Shown piece after piece: positions 37,663 to 47,313 of a stretch of DNA of 64,000 bases (within the stretch, counting starts at the first letter, position 1; every line of letters starts with the position of its first letter). Both the position numbers and the translations under genes were made by a program. The notes below the pieces were generated by a model. That model saw only the letters and a program-made list of their open reading frames with translations, did no database searches and had not been told where the DNA came from. The stretch covers positions 65,008 to 129,007 of the forward strand of contig JAVLKG010000003.1 in the NCBI GenBank assembly GCA_032128875.1. Direction: 5' to 3'. Source of the DNA: Candidatus Melainabacteria bacterium 17Bon1m. Its GTDB lineage: Bacteria > Cyanobacteriota > Vampirovibrionia > Obscuribacterales > Obscuribacteraceae.

Positions 37663-39519
37663 ATGACAGAAACACATTCCACGTCCACCACACTCGTCGA
37701 ACACAAAAGTTTGAACGAGTGGATCTCGCAGGTTGCCGCTCTCTGCAAGCCCGATCGCATTCATGTCTGCGACGGCTCTCAAGCTGAGGCGGACAAGCTC
37801 ACTGCCGAGATGGTGGTCAGCGGAACTCTCATCCCTCTTAATGCCGAAATTCGCCCGAACAGCTTTCTGGCGCGCTCGGATATCTCGGATGTCGCCCGCG
37901 TGGAGGAACGCACCTTCATCTGCACCAATCAGCCCGAAGAGGCTGGCCCAACCAACAATTGGATGCATCCCACTGAGGCCAAGGAGACTCTTGCAAGACT
38001 TTTCGACGGCTGCATGCGCGGTCGTGTCATGTACGTCATCCCGTTCAGCATGGGACCGCTCGGCTCGAAGATCTCACACATCGGCGTCGAAATCACCGAC
38101 TCGCCTTATGTCGTCGTCAGCATGCGGCTGATGACGCGCATGGGCAAAGCGGTGATGGACGCACTCGGCGCGGATGGGGAATATGTTCCCTGCTTGCATT
38201 CTGTCGGCAAGCCGCTCGCTGCTGGTGAGAAGGACGTCGCATGGCCTTGCAATGCGGAGACGAAGTATATCTGCCACTTCCCCCAGTCGCACGAGATCAT
38301 CTCCTACGGCTCGGGATACGGTGGCAACGCGCTGCTCGGCAAAAAGTGTTTTGCCTTGCGCATTGCTTCGGCGATGGCGCATCAGCAAGGCTGGCTGGCG
38401 GAGCACATGCTCATTCTCGGACTCGAGTCGCCTCAAGGTGTGAAGAAGTACATCGCATGCGCTTTCCCGAGCGCCTGTGGCAAGACCAATCTGGCCATGC
38501 TGGTTCCGCCTAAGGGACTGGAAGGCTGGAAGGTGACGACGGTAGGAGACGACATCGCCTGGATCAAACGCGGCGAGGACAATGTGTTGCGGGCGATCAA
38601 TCCCGAAGCCGGCTATTTTGGCGTGGCACCGGGCACTTCGGCGAAGACCAATCCCAATGCGATCGCTTCTCTTCGTAGCGATTGCATTTTCACGAACGTG
38701 GCGATAACGCCGGAAGGTGATGTCTGGTGGGAAGGTCTCACCGACACGCCTCCAGCTCGCCTCATCGACTGGCAGGGTAATGACTGGACGCCGGATTGTG
38801 GACGCAAAGCCGCTCATCCGAACGCCCGCTTCACGGTTGCTGCGACTAATTGCCCGTCTCTGGATGAGAACTGGGACAACCCCGCTGGTGTGCCGATCAG
38901 CGCTTTCGTCTTCGGTGGTCGTCGACAGACGACGGTACCGCTGGTGGTGCAGGCGTACAGCTGGCGCGACGGCGTGTACATGGGCGCTACGCTCGGCTCC
39001 GAGACCACTGCTGCGGCTGCTGGTGCGGTCGGACAGGTGCGCCGCGACCCGATGGCCATGCTCCCCTTTTGCGGCTACAACATCGGCGATTATTTCGCGC
39101 ACTGGCTGTCCGTTGGCGACAGCATCGAGAACAGCGTGGTGGACGGCGAAGAGAGCGCGCTGCCGCAGATCTTCTGCGTCAACTGGTTCCGCAAGGACCA
39201 GAACGGCGACTTCCTCTGGCCTGGCTACGGCGAAAACATGCGTGTCTTGAAGTGGATCTTCGAGCGCACATCGGGAGTCGGCGGTGCCGAATCTTCGGAA
39301 CTCGGATTCCGTCCGCGCTTCGACGACCTGGACTGGAGCGGTTTCCCTGCTCCGGATGAAGGGCGTTTTGCAGCGTCCATCAAAATCGATGCTGCCGAGT
39401 GGCTTCAGGAGCTGGAGCTGCAGCGGGAATTCTTCGCCAAGGTCGGCAAGCATCTTCCTGCCACTTTCACTTCCATCTTGGAGCGCCTGGAGATGCGCTT
39501 CCAGCCGAAAAAGACGTGA
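37663..39519 (+). CDS. pckG: phosphoenolpyruvate carboxykinase (GTP)
   Basis: [75 protein letters not shown] at 37663 after agga. Confidence 0.97.
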   Translation: MTETHSTSTTLVEHKSLNEWISQVAALCKPDRIHVCDGSQAEADKLTAEMVVSGTLIPLNAEIRPNSFLARSDISDVARVEERTFICTNQPEEAGPTNNWMHPTEAKETLARLFDGCMRGRVMYVIPFSMGPLGSKISHIGVEITDSPYVVVSMRLMTRMGKAVMDALGADGEYVPCLHSVGKPLAAGEKDVAWPCNAETKYICHFPQSHEIISYGSGYGGNALLGKKCFALRIASAMAHQQGWLAEHMLILGLESPQGVKKYIACAFPSACGKTNLAMLVPPKGLEGWKVTTVGDDIAWIKRGEDNVLRAINPEAGYFGVAPGTSAKTNPNAIASLRSDCIFTNVAITPEGDVWWEGLTDTPPARLIDWQGNDWTPDCGRKAAHPNARFTVAATNCPSLDENWDNPAGVPISAFVFGGRRQTTVPLVVQAYSWRDGVYMGATLGSETTAAAAGAVGQVRRDPMAMLPFCGYNIGDYFAHWLSVGDSIENSVVDGEESALPQIFCVNWFRKDQNGDFLWPGYGENMRVLKWIFERTSGVGGAESSELGFRPRFDDLDWSGFPAPDEGRFAASIKIDAAEWLQELELQREFFAKVGKHLPATFTSILERLEMRFQPKKT

Positions 39520-39564
39520 GCCTCGCTCGCGGCTATTCGTCGCATTGAGCTGAACGACTGAGTA

Positions 39565-39598
39565 GAGCTGGAGGGGGTGTTTTCGCCCTCTCCAGCTC
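39565..39598. terminator. hairpin between convergent genes
   Basis: gagctggagggggtg-tttt-cgccctctccagctc. Confidence 0.55.
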
Positions 39599-39739
39599 GC
39601 CTCTTCTCGCGCTAGTTCAGAGCCACTCTGCGTTTTCGGCTTTTTACATCCGTGATACGACGACATATAATAGAAAGCGTTCGAAAAACGACTGCACCTG
39701 GTTGCGCTTGTAATTGCGCAGACCAAGGCAGTCGTAGGC

Positions 39740-40543
39740 TTAGAACCGAAGCGCAGGCAAGTCTCTGGTGAGGTCGAGAACGAGCACGCCGACAGCGCGG
39801 AAGCGCGGCAGCTGCTCGAACTCATCATCGACAAACTCTTCACGCTTCGGAGCGTCAGCACCCCAGAGAGACTGAACAATCGAGAGCTTGAGCTTCCACT
39901 CTTCTGCCGAAGCATCGATGCCGAAACGCTTTTGACGTTCGATTCCGTTGTCTTCGTCGAAGATGGGTCCAAGCTGTTCGTTGTCCAGACCTTCCGCATC
40001 CCAGACCAGGTCGATGTCGCTGGGCTTTGGCTTGCTGCTTACGAAGCTGCCGGCAATCGTCACCTTCTTGCACCCTGCCGCCTTCAGCATCGTCAGCGCC
40101 TCGTGGAGGAGCTTCAGCTGCGATTTGCGGTGAGTGTTGAAGGCGAGCTTGTCGACGAATTCTTCGAAGGTAACATGCCAGAATCCAGGCGGCAGCGTGC
40201 CCCATTCGGAAAGCGCCGGGAAACGCATTCCCTCAGGACGGGCAATTCCTTCCACGCGGCTGGGATCGAGTGTGCGGTGTACTTGCAGGTACTGCTTGAT
40301 CTCGAAAACCAGTGCTTCGCGAGCTTGCTTTCCCGCCTCCGTGTGGCGCATGTTGCGTGGCACCATGCGCGCAGCCAAGAACACCTTGCGAAGAATCGCA
40401 TCCGGCGCCTTGATTGCGATGAACATCGAACCAGCGACGCAGAGAAGGCGTCTGTAACTCAAGCGATCGAGCCAGGCATCCTGCGCTGGACGATCACTCA
40501 GTGGAACTAACTTCCGTGTTTTTTCCATATCGTAAACATCCAT
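39740..40543 (-). CDS. DUF6932-like nucleotidyltransferase-fold protein with N-terminal extension
   Basis: GTLPPGFWHVTFEEF..IAGSFVSSKPKPSDIDLVWD (GS...DxD motif of the pol-beta superfamily). Confidence 0.75.
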   Translation of the reverse strand: MDVYDMEKTRKLVPLSDRPAQDAWLDRLSYRRLLCVAGSMFIAIKAPDAILRKVFLAARMVPRNMRHTEAGKQAREALVFEIKQYLQVHRTLDPSRVEGIARPEGMRFPALSEWGTLPPGFWHVTFEEFVDKLAFNTHRKSQLKLLHEALTMLKAAGCKKVTIAGSFVSSKPKPSDIDLVWDAEGLDNEQLGPIFDEDNGIERQKRFGIDASAEEWKLKLSIVQSLWGADAPKREEFVDDEFEQLPRFRAVGVLVLDLTRDLPALRF

Positions 40544-41033
40544 ATCTGAACGTCGTCTGACGTTCGGTCATGAGCGTGAGCTGCGCGACGATTCGCGAAG
40601 CAAGCGCTCGGTTGGTTTCCAATCCGCCTCAAGGTTCACCGAACGCAATTTCGAGTGCCGGTCTGCATCTGGCGCCGCAAAGGCGTTCAGAGCTGGTAGT
40701 GAAAGTGCGCTAAGGGTTGGCTTTGTTCAGCTTTGGTGAGTTTCGGTTTTGTGGAAAAGGGTGAAAAGAGATGTCATACACTAACAGCTTTGCCTGTGCA
40801 GAAAAAAGCTTCTCGAAAAGCAGTCGTTAATGCTTCGTGCGTGCGAAAGGTTCACAGACTCATGTTTCTGTATAGGCTTTTTGAAAAGAACTGAGGGCAT
40901 AGGCTTATAACTTATCCAAAAACAATTAAAGGGCGGTAATTTTTCTCTTCGCAAAGCTCGCGTTAGTCTTGGTTTTTCCAAGACTGTCTCAGCTATGACA
41001 CTAGTTCACTAACTGGTTTGCAAAATACAAATA

Positions 41034-41717
41034 CTAGTGCGTACGCTTCTTCGCGGGTTTGTGTTTCGTCGCGTGTGTCGCCTTGCCCTTCGATTCGAGC
41101 GCTGTTTTTATCGTCGGTCCAAAGTAATGCCAGACGCCGTATCCCATGCCGATAATGCACGCCCAGATAAGCGGTCCTTTCAAAATCATGTTGCGCATTT
41201 CCAGTCTGCGCATACGCTTCTTGCCGCGGGCAACTCTGTCGGGATCGGATTTCTCCATTTGCGGTCGGTTGCCGCTTCTCAATTCCTCGGCGTCAATCTC
41301 GAATCGTTGTTTCTGATTGGGTGGAATAGTTTGTTCTTGCTTGTACCGGTCAGGCGCCTCGGGCGGTAAATTTGGCAACTGTTCGATGATATCGCCGATA
41401 TCAACGTTCAAACCTTCGCTTTCCAGCGCCAGTGTGTGGTCTCCGCCGGTTTTGTAGACAAAATAAGCTTGTTTGAGGCCGAGTAACCGCCGCAAAGCCG
41501 CGTAGCCTTTCTCAGTTCGCCCCTGCTCGCAAGTTTCACGATAAATCGCGCCTTTTATGGCGCTTCCCTTGCTGATATAAATTGCGCCTTCTTCCGAGCG
41601 ATCGGTGCTGGCGACATGAATCGTTGAAGTTTCGAAAAATCCCATCGAGAGAATAGTCTGCAAAGCCTTGGCTGCAGAACTGTTGCTGTCGACATGCGTT
41701 TCCAGGATAGTGGTCAT
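41034..41717 (-). CDS. DUF4388-like domain protein with C-terminal TM helix
   Basis: LQTILSM..TIHV..EGAIYISKG..GYAALRRLLGLKQAYFVY; TM segment PLIWACIIGMGYGVWHYF. Confidence 0.7.
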   Translation of the reverse strand: MTTILETHVDSNSSAAKALQTILSMGFFETSTIHVASTDRSEEGAIYISKGSAIKGAIYRETCEQGRTEKGYAALRRLLGLKQAYFVYKTGGDHTLALESEGLNVDIGDIIEQLPNLPPEAPDRYKQEQTIPPNQKQRFEIDAEELRSGNRPQMEKSDPDRVARGKKRMRRLEMRNMILKGPLIWACIIGMGYGVWHYFGPTIKTALESKGKATHATKHKPAKKRTH

Positions 41718-41787
41718 TCCCGGGGGCTGCCTCGCCTTGTTTTAGATTGATCTAGGACACTCCACACCCTACTCATACCCACTTTTT

Positions 41788-42279
41788 TCAGTTTGGAAAG
41801 AAAAACCTATAATCGTTTTCATCATTTCCTGGACGAATCAGGACCAATTTCCCTTCCTCGCGGGTAGGGCGACCACCCCTACCGATGGTCGAATGCATTT
41901 TGGCAACGATGTCTTCAGGCACCATCCGCCCGCGGTTCTTGTTTCTTGTTATGCAAACTTGCAGAGGCGTTTCCATTACCCAAAGTTGAACATCGGCATA
42001 CTCAAACTTTTTGGCGCGGTCGAGAATTTCTTTTCGGTGCAGAGGGTTCGCGTTGGTGTTGTCGATTATCAGATCTGCGCCGTCCGCCATCAACTTTTCC
42101 ATGCACTCGAAAAAAACTTTGAACACTTCCGCCGGATCGCCTTGCTCAACTGCGTCTCCGTAGAGTTCTGCGCGGATGGCGTCGGCGCACAAGATGGTAA
42201 AACCCTTCTCTGCAATCTTGGCTGCCAGCGTAGATTTACCTGAGCCGGGCACTCCGATAAGAAGAATAATTCGCTTCAC
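41788..42279 (-). CDS. P-loop kinase (AAA_33 / polynucleotide-kinase-like)
   Basis: LLIGVPGSGKSTLA, ADAIR, IIDNTN, RNKNRGRMVPEDIV. Confidence 0.88.
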   Translation of the reverse strand: MKRIILLIGVPGSGKSTLAAKIAEKGFTILCADAIRAELYGDAVEQGDPAEVFKVFFECMEKLMADGADLIIDNTNANPLHRKEILDRAKKFEYADVQLWVMETPLQVCITRNKNRGRMVPEDIVAKMHSTIGRGGRPTREEGKLVLIRPGNDENDYRFFFPN

Positions 42280-42290
42280 TTGCTTGACCC

Positions 42291-42746
42291 CTACGAGACT
42301 TCCTGAGACGGTGGCGGGCTTTCCAGTTGCAGTTTTTTGCGCTTTTCCACTGCTTCGTCATAAGCGACCTTGAGCCAGACAATACCGAGCATGATGCTCA
42401 CACCCATGTATGCCACCAACATGCCCGTTCTCGCATTTGTTTGGTCTTCTCCGGCGACTGCCGCACGGTCAACGAGCCATGGGTTTTGGTAGAAAACCAG
42501 CGCAACCGAGAAGAAGAACAGACCAGTGGCAATGTAAGAAAAGCGAGCTAATTTGGACAATTCTCTCCACGAATACGCGGACTGAACAAAATAGCCGAAA
42601 GAGAAAAGGAAAATCGCCATCGCGTAATGTTGAAAGCGACCGATTGAAATGATGTGCTGCACTGGTGTCACCCAGAGGGCAACGGATAACAAGGCGAACA
42701 AAATCACCAGGTGATAGCGGCGAGTTTCTTTCAGGTACTGACTCAT
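42291..42746 (-). CDS. hypothetical membrane protein (4 TM)
   Basis: Hydrophobic 151-aa ORF starting 3 nt after the pyrC stop. Confidence 0.8.
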   Translation of the reverse strand: MSQYLKETRRYHLVILFALLSVALWVTPVQHIISIGRFQHYAMAIFLFSFGYFVQSAYSWRELSKLARFSYIATGLFFFSVALVFYQNPWLVDRAAVAGEDQTNARTGMLVAYMGVSIMLGIVWLKVAYDEAVEKRKKLQLESPPPSQEVS

Positions 42747-42749
42747 TTT

Positions 42750-44108
42750 CTATTTTGAACTGGCGCAAACTTCTTGCACGCGCTTTGCGGCTCGTTCTTT
42801 GTCGAAGTAGACAATCTTGCCGTCGAAGATGGTGACGAGGTTTTTGCCCTTGAGAGAACGACCGGTGAATGGTGAATTTTTGCTCTTGGAAAAACTCTCG
42901 ACAATCTCGAAATTCCAACGCATTTCAGGATCGACTATGGCGATATTGGCGCGTGCGCCGACGGAAATTTGTGGAGCAGGGATGCCCAAGATTTTTGCAG
43001 GGTGTGTCGTTATCAGCGCAAGAAACTTGTTTGGAGCCATTTTGCCTGAGAGGACGAGCTTTTCAAAACATAATGAGAATGCCGTTTCCAGCCCGATTAT
43101 ACCGAAGGGTGCATGATCGAAAGGTTTGCTCTTGTCCAATTTTGAATGCGGCGCATGATCCGTCGCAATTGCGTCGATTACGCCTTCGACGAGCGCTTGT
43201 TCGATTGCTTCGACGTCCTTCTTCGAACGTAATGGAGGGTTCATCTTGAACGAAGTATCGTATGGAGTCATCTCGGCATCGCTCAAAACCAAGTGGTGTG
43301 GCGTTGCGTCAGCGGTGACTTGAAGTCCTTGAGCCTTCGCCTGACGAATCAAATCAATCGAAGCTTTCGCGGATGTGTGGGCAAAGTGCAGGCGCCCACC
43401 CGTATAACGCAGAACTTCAATTTCACGTGCTACGCATGCAGCTTCACTTGCAGAAGGAATTCCTTTCATGCCAAGGCAGGTAGACTGGCAGCCTTCGTTC
43501 ATCGAGCCGCCGTGCGAGAGATCTTTGTCTTCGGGGTGACTGATGATCGGTCTTCCGTGCAAACGTGCATATTCAAAAGCGCGACGCAGTACATCGAGGT
43601 TCGAAATAGGCATGCCGTCATCAGAAAAAGCGATGGCACCCATGTCGGACATCTCGACCATATTGGTCAGCTCAACACCCTTTAGCCCTTTGGTAACTGC
43701 AGCGACAGGCAGTACTTCAACAATGGCTCGCTCGTGAATGCGTTTTATCACTCGGTCGAGAATTTCCGCACAATCAGTGGGCGGGTCAGTGTTCGCCATG
43801 GCGACAACGGTTGTATAACCGCCTGCTGCCGCGGCTTTTGTGCCGGTGGAAATGTCTTCTCTGTCCGCTTGCCCGAGGTCACGCAGATGGGTGTGCATGT
43901 CGACGAATCCCGGCATCACCCAGCATCCTTGTGCATCTACCACTGATTCGTTGTCTTTCGGCTTGAGTTCGCTCTCCATCTCAGTAATCTTGCCGTCCCG
44001 AATGCGAATGTCGAGACTTTGATTACTGGCGACATTGCTGCTTGCTTTGCCGTTTGCATCAGTAGGATTAATTACTCGTCCGTTCTTAATGAGAATCGCG
44101 CTTTCCAT
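42750..44108 (-). CDS. pyrC: dihydroorotase
   Basis: PGFVDMHTHLR, AAAAGGYTTV, FSDDG, KMNPPLR, IATDHAPH, APFGIIGLETA; adjacent to pyrB. Confidence 0.96.
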   Translation of the reverse strand: MESAILIKNGRVINPTDANGKASSNVASNQSLDIRIRDGKITEMESELKPKDNESVVDAQGCWVMPGFVDMHTHLRDLGQADREDISTGTKAAAAGGYTTVVAMANTDPPTDCAEILDRVIKRIHERAIVEVLPVAAVTKGLKGVELTNMVEMSDMGAIAFSDDGMPISNLDVLRRAFEYARLHGRPIISHPEDKDLSHGGSMNEGCQSTCLGMKGIPSASEAACVAREIEVLRYTGGRLHFAHTSAKASIDLIRQAKAQGLQVTADATPHHLVLSDAEMTPYDTSFKMNPPLRSKKDVEAIEQALVEGVIDAIATDHAPHSKLDKSKPFDHAPFGIIGLETAFSLCFEKLVLSGKMAPNKFLALITTHPAKILGIPAPQISVGARANIAIVDPEMRWNFEIVESFSKSKNSPFTGRSLKGKNLVTIFDGKIVYFDKERAAKRVQEVCASSK

Positions 44109-44119
44109 TAGTTTGTCCC

Positions 44120-45163
44120 CTATGCATCTTGGCCGTCATACATGAGCAAGTACAAAACCGCCATTCTTACGGCGATGCCGTTGGCAACCTGAAGGTTTAC
44201 GAGAGAAACTTTCGAATCGTCGACGAGGTCATCGGTGATTTCGATGCCTCTATTGACCGGTCCTGGGTGCAAAACCCGCACGTCCGGCTTGCAGCGTTTG
44301 ATGCGCTCGTGATCGAGCCTGTAAAGCCGTTTGTATTCGCCGATGCTTGGTATGAGTCCTTCGTCTTGACGCTCTAGCTGTAATCTCAGAGCAATGACAA
44401 AATCTGCATCCTTTATGGCAGGTTCTAACTTCTCATGCACGGTCACGCCGAAACTGTCGAGTTCAACAGGTACTAAAGTCGGCGGTCCGGCAACATGGAT
44501 ATCGGCGCCGAGTTTTTGCAGCAACCAGATGTTCGAGCGCGCCACGCGGCTATGCGTGATGTCGCCGATGATTGCCACTTTGCGGCCTTTGATGGTTTTA
44601 CCTGTCTCCTGCATACTGAAGAGGTCCAGCAATGCTTGCGTGGGGTGGGCATTCCATCCGTCCCCTGCATTGAGAACGTGAACTTCATCTCTCAAAAGTT
44701 CTGCCAGTTTGTGTGCGCTGCCGGAAGAGCTGTGGCGCTGTACAACAGCATCTACGCCCATTGACACCAGTGTTCGCGCAGTGTCTTCGATCGTCTCGCC
44801 TTTTGCAACCGACGACATCCGAATGTCCAGGTTTAAAACAGAGGCTCCCAACTTTCGTGCTGCAAGTTCAAAGCTGCTGCGGGTTCTCGTTGAATTTTCG
44901 TAGAACAAATTAGCCACTACTTTATGGCTGAGCACCGTCAGTGGTGGTCGCCCTTTTGAGTGGATGTCTTTGCAGAGCTTTGCGACAGCGATAAGCGCAT
45001 CGACTTCTTCGCCGCTCATGTCCTTGGTGTCGAGCAAGTGGCGGCGCGCTTTCCAGGCGTTTAGCCCAGGAAGGTTATCCGGCAATACTAAGTTTGAATC
45101 TTTTTCGTCCGCCATTTTTTTCTTTGTGCTTTTTTCCACTGCAAGTGAAGATGCGTCTGACAT
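44120..45163 (-). CDS. pyrB: aspartate carbamoyltransferase catalytic subunit
   Basis: FYENSTRTRSSFE, NAGDG..HPTQALLD, GDITHSRVARSN, LRLQLERQ, HPGPVNRG. Confidence 0.97.
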   Translation of the reverse strand: MSDASSLAVEKSTKKKMADEKDSNLVLPDNLPGLNAWKARRHLLDTKDMSGEEVDALIAVAKLCKDIHSKGRPPLTVLSHKVVANLFYENSTRTRSSFELAARKLGASVLNLDIRMSSVAKGETIEDTARTLVSMGVDAVVQRHSSSGSAHKLAELLRDEVHVLNAGDGWNAHPTQALLDLFSMQETGKTIKGRKVAIIGDITHSRVARSNIWLLQKLGADIHVAGPPTLVPVELDSFGVTVHEKLEPAIKDADFVIALRLQLERQDEGLIPSIGEYKRLYRLDHERIKRCKPDVRVLHPGPVNRGIEITDDLVDDSKVSLVNLQVANGIAVRMAVLYLLMYDGQDA

Positions 45164-45391
45164 TTAGCGAGTCCGCTCCTGTGAGAACCTGCGAAAGCGT
45201 TAGCAGGACTGTATTTTAAAGGTATTGAAGCCTCTGTTCTTTTGCAAAGAAGTAAATGTGCTGAGTTTGATTCGTTAATTCAAATTCACCTAGATGAAAT
45301 ATCGCTTGTCATCCGGCTTTTCCGGGTTACACTCATGTGACTGGTAACTCCGTTCTGGCGATTCTCTTACATGAGATGCGGAGGGCAATAC

Positions 45392-45595
45392 ATGGAAAAT
45401 GCGACCAAATCGCAAGTTTGCGACGATGTAAGTCGAGCGAATTACGCTAACAGACTTTTATCGCGCGCTATTCACGAAAGGCGCAAGCCTGAGACTGTGA
45501 CAGGTCGATTTTTCGGTATGTTTGCAAAAAGCGAGAAAGCAATCGCACAGGCAGAGGATGACAGCAAGGTTCTGGTTGGCGCGGGACAACGCTGA
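45392..45595 (+). CDS. small hypothetical protein (67 aa)
   Basis: ATG at 45392 after ggaggg; MENATKSQ... Confidence 0.55.
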   Translation: MENATKSQVCDDVSRANYANRLLSRAIHERRKPETVTGRFFGMFAKSEKAIAQAEDDSKVLVGAGQR

Positions 45596-45666
45596 GTAGT
45601 CGGGCATTTAAGCGACTGCATTTAGACAACTGGATCTAGACAACTGAAGGATTAGTGTTAAATGCG

Positions 45667-45686
45667 ATCCACCCCACCGGGGGGAT
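45667..45686. promoter_or_regulatory. putative CsoR/RcnR operator
   Basis: atccaccccaccggggggat: a C-tract/G-tract pseudo-palindrome ~75 nt upstream of the csoR-family gene. Confidence 0.6.
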
Positions 45687-45758
45687 TGGTTGAACTCGCC
45701 CGCGAGTTCTGCTTTTATTTGTTCATAGCAAACCCACATATGTTTAGGCGGTAAATGC

Positions 45759-46109
45759 GTGGCTATCACAGGCGACACAAAGCGTCAGCTCAGGTCCCGT
45801 TTGGTCAAAGCACAGGGACACCTGTCAGCGGTCATACGCATGATTGACGACGAAAAATATTGCATCGATGTTTTAACTCAGCTCAAAGCAGTTCAAGCTG
45901 CTCTCGATAAAACAGCGCATCTGATGCTGAAGCAGCATTTGGATACTTGCGTTGTCGAAGCCGTTAAGGCGGACGATTCTGCTCGTGTAATGAACGAACT
46001 CTGGCAACTCTTGCGTCGTGGTGAGTCCTCTTTCGAAGCCGAAGAAGAGGGCGAAGATCTGGAGGTAACAAAGTCCCAGCAGAAACCGCATACTCAGTGC
46101 TGTCATTGA
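45759..46109 (+). CDS. csoR: CsoR/RcnR-family metal-sensing repressor
   Basis: RLVKAQGHLSAVIRMIDDEKYCIDVLTQLKAVQAAL..QHLDTCV (Cys-His-Cys ligand set); tail HTQCCH. Confidence 0.9.
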   Translation: MAITGDTKRQLRSRLVKAQGHLSAVIRMIDDEKYCIDVLTQLKAVQAALDKTAHLMLKQHLDTCVVEAVKADDSARVMNELWQLLRRGESSFEAEEEGEDLEVTKSQQKPHTQCCH

Positions 46110-46180
46110 GTTTGCAATCTTCAATTTCTCTTGTTTGGTGAGAATTTAGCAGGTCCCCTCGTCCTTTCTGGAGGATTTTT

Positions 46181-46348
46181 ATGCAACCATGTTGTTGTTG
46201 GACCGCATTTTTCAATTCTGTTGTACAAATGCTCCCGTTTTTAGCTGTTTTCGGTATTGTCGGCGAGAGATTTCTCAAAACGTTTTCGAGACCAAGTCCA
46301 AAACCTGTTGAGGAGGTCGTCACCCCGTGTTGTGGGGATGTCCACTAA
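46181..46348 (+). CDS. 55-aa Cys-rich single-TM microprotein (below the ORF-track cutoff)
   Basis: Strong SD ggagga 5 nt before the ATG. Translates as MQPCCCWTAFFNSVVQMLPFLAVFGIVGERFLKTFSRPSPKPVEEVVTPCCGDVH; the stop is 3 nt before the next ORF. Confidence 0.7.
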   Translation: MQPCCCWTAFFNSVVQMLPFLAVFGIVGERFLKTFSRPSPKPVEEVVTPCCGDVH

Positions 46349-46351
46349 GTT

Positions 46352-47302
46352 TTGAGATCGGTAAAACACAGAAATTTCGTAACTGCCGTCGCTGCTTTTT
46401 CATGCAGCATCATCCCACTGGCAATTTCACCCGCCCATGGCGAAACACCTCTATCCGGCAACGCTGGAGTTAAGAAGGTTTTGCCGGGCGGTTCTGTGTC
46501 TGGGCGTGGCGACAAATTTCAACTTGCTGTCGGCGAACGTGATCGTTGGACTCCGAAAATTCAAGCGAATCCCAAAGACCCCAAGAATTATGTTGGGCGC
46601 GCAAAAGATTACATGTTGCTTTGCGAGGATGAGAAGGCGCTTGCTGATTTTTCTACCGCGCTTTCTCTCGACCCGCGCAACAGAGAAGCGCTTCACGAGC
46701 GAATTCTTTTATTGGGCGACCTGGGGCGAAAAGAAGAAGCGCTGCGAGATTGCAACACTCTGATCAAGGCATATCCGAAGTCGACTTTTGGCTACGAGCA
46801 TAGGTGTATCGTTTATCAGAGCATGCAGAAGTTGAAAGAGGCGCTTGCTGACACTGACGCGGCGCTAAAGATAGAACCGAATGCCGTCACCGTTTGGCAA
46901 TACCGATGCTCGATTTTCATTAATCAAGGTGATTCGGCTGGCGCTCTAAAGTGTCTGACTCGGCTCACTGAGCTGTGTCCCGATAATTCAACGAATTTTT
47001 CAGTGCGTGCCAATTACTACGTGAAACGTAAGGAGTATTCGAAAGCCATTGCTGATTTGACTCAAACAATCAAACTGCGGCAAGGAGAGTTCGAGCCGTT
47101 TATCATGCGTGCTGAGGTGTTCAAAGAAATGAAGGAGTACAAGAAAGCCATTGCCGATTACACTCGAGCAATCGAGATGAACCGATTTCGTGCCGGCTAT
47201 GCGTACAAAGGCCGTGGCGAATGCTATAAGGCATTGGGTGATGGCGCTGCTGCGCAGCGAGATTTCGTGCAGAGCAAAAGTGGAGAGAAGGCATATCGCT
47301 GA
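46352..47302 (+). CDS. exported tetratricopeptide repeat protein
   Basis: Signal-peptide-like N-terminus; TPRs such as FIMRAEVFKEMKEYKKAIADYTRAIEM. Confidence 0.88.
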   Translation: MRSVKHRNFVTAVAAFSCSIIPLAISPAHGETPLSGNAGVKKVLPGGSVSGRGDKFQLAVGERDRWTPKIQANPKDPKNYVGRAKDYMLLCEDEKALADFSTALSLDPRNREALHERILLLGDLGRKEEALRDCNTLIKAYPKSTFGYEHRCIVYQSMQKLKEALADTDAALKIEPNAVTVWQYRCSIFINQGDSAGALKCLTRLTELCPDNSTNFSVRANYYVKRKEYSKAIADLTQTIKLRQGEFEPFIMRAEVFKEMKEYKKAIADYTRAIEMNRFRAGYAYKGRGECYKALGDGAAAQRDFVQSKSGEKAYR

Positions 47303-47313
47303 GTTTGGTTTTT

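Noticed and set aside
38074-39999. 641-aa antisense ORF
   Set aside because: Shadow of pckG running into the next gene; no recognisable motifs.
45164-45370. PyrR attenuator upstream of pyrB
   Set aside because: No PyrR-binding loop consensus or terminator/antiterminator pair was recognised, and there is no pyrR in the window.
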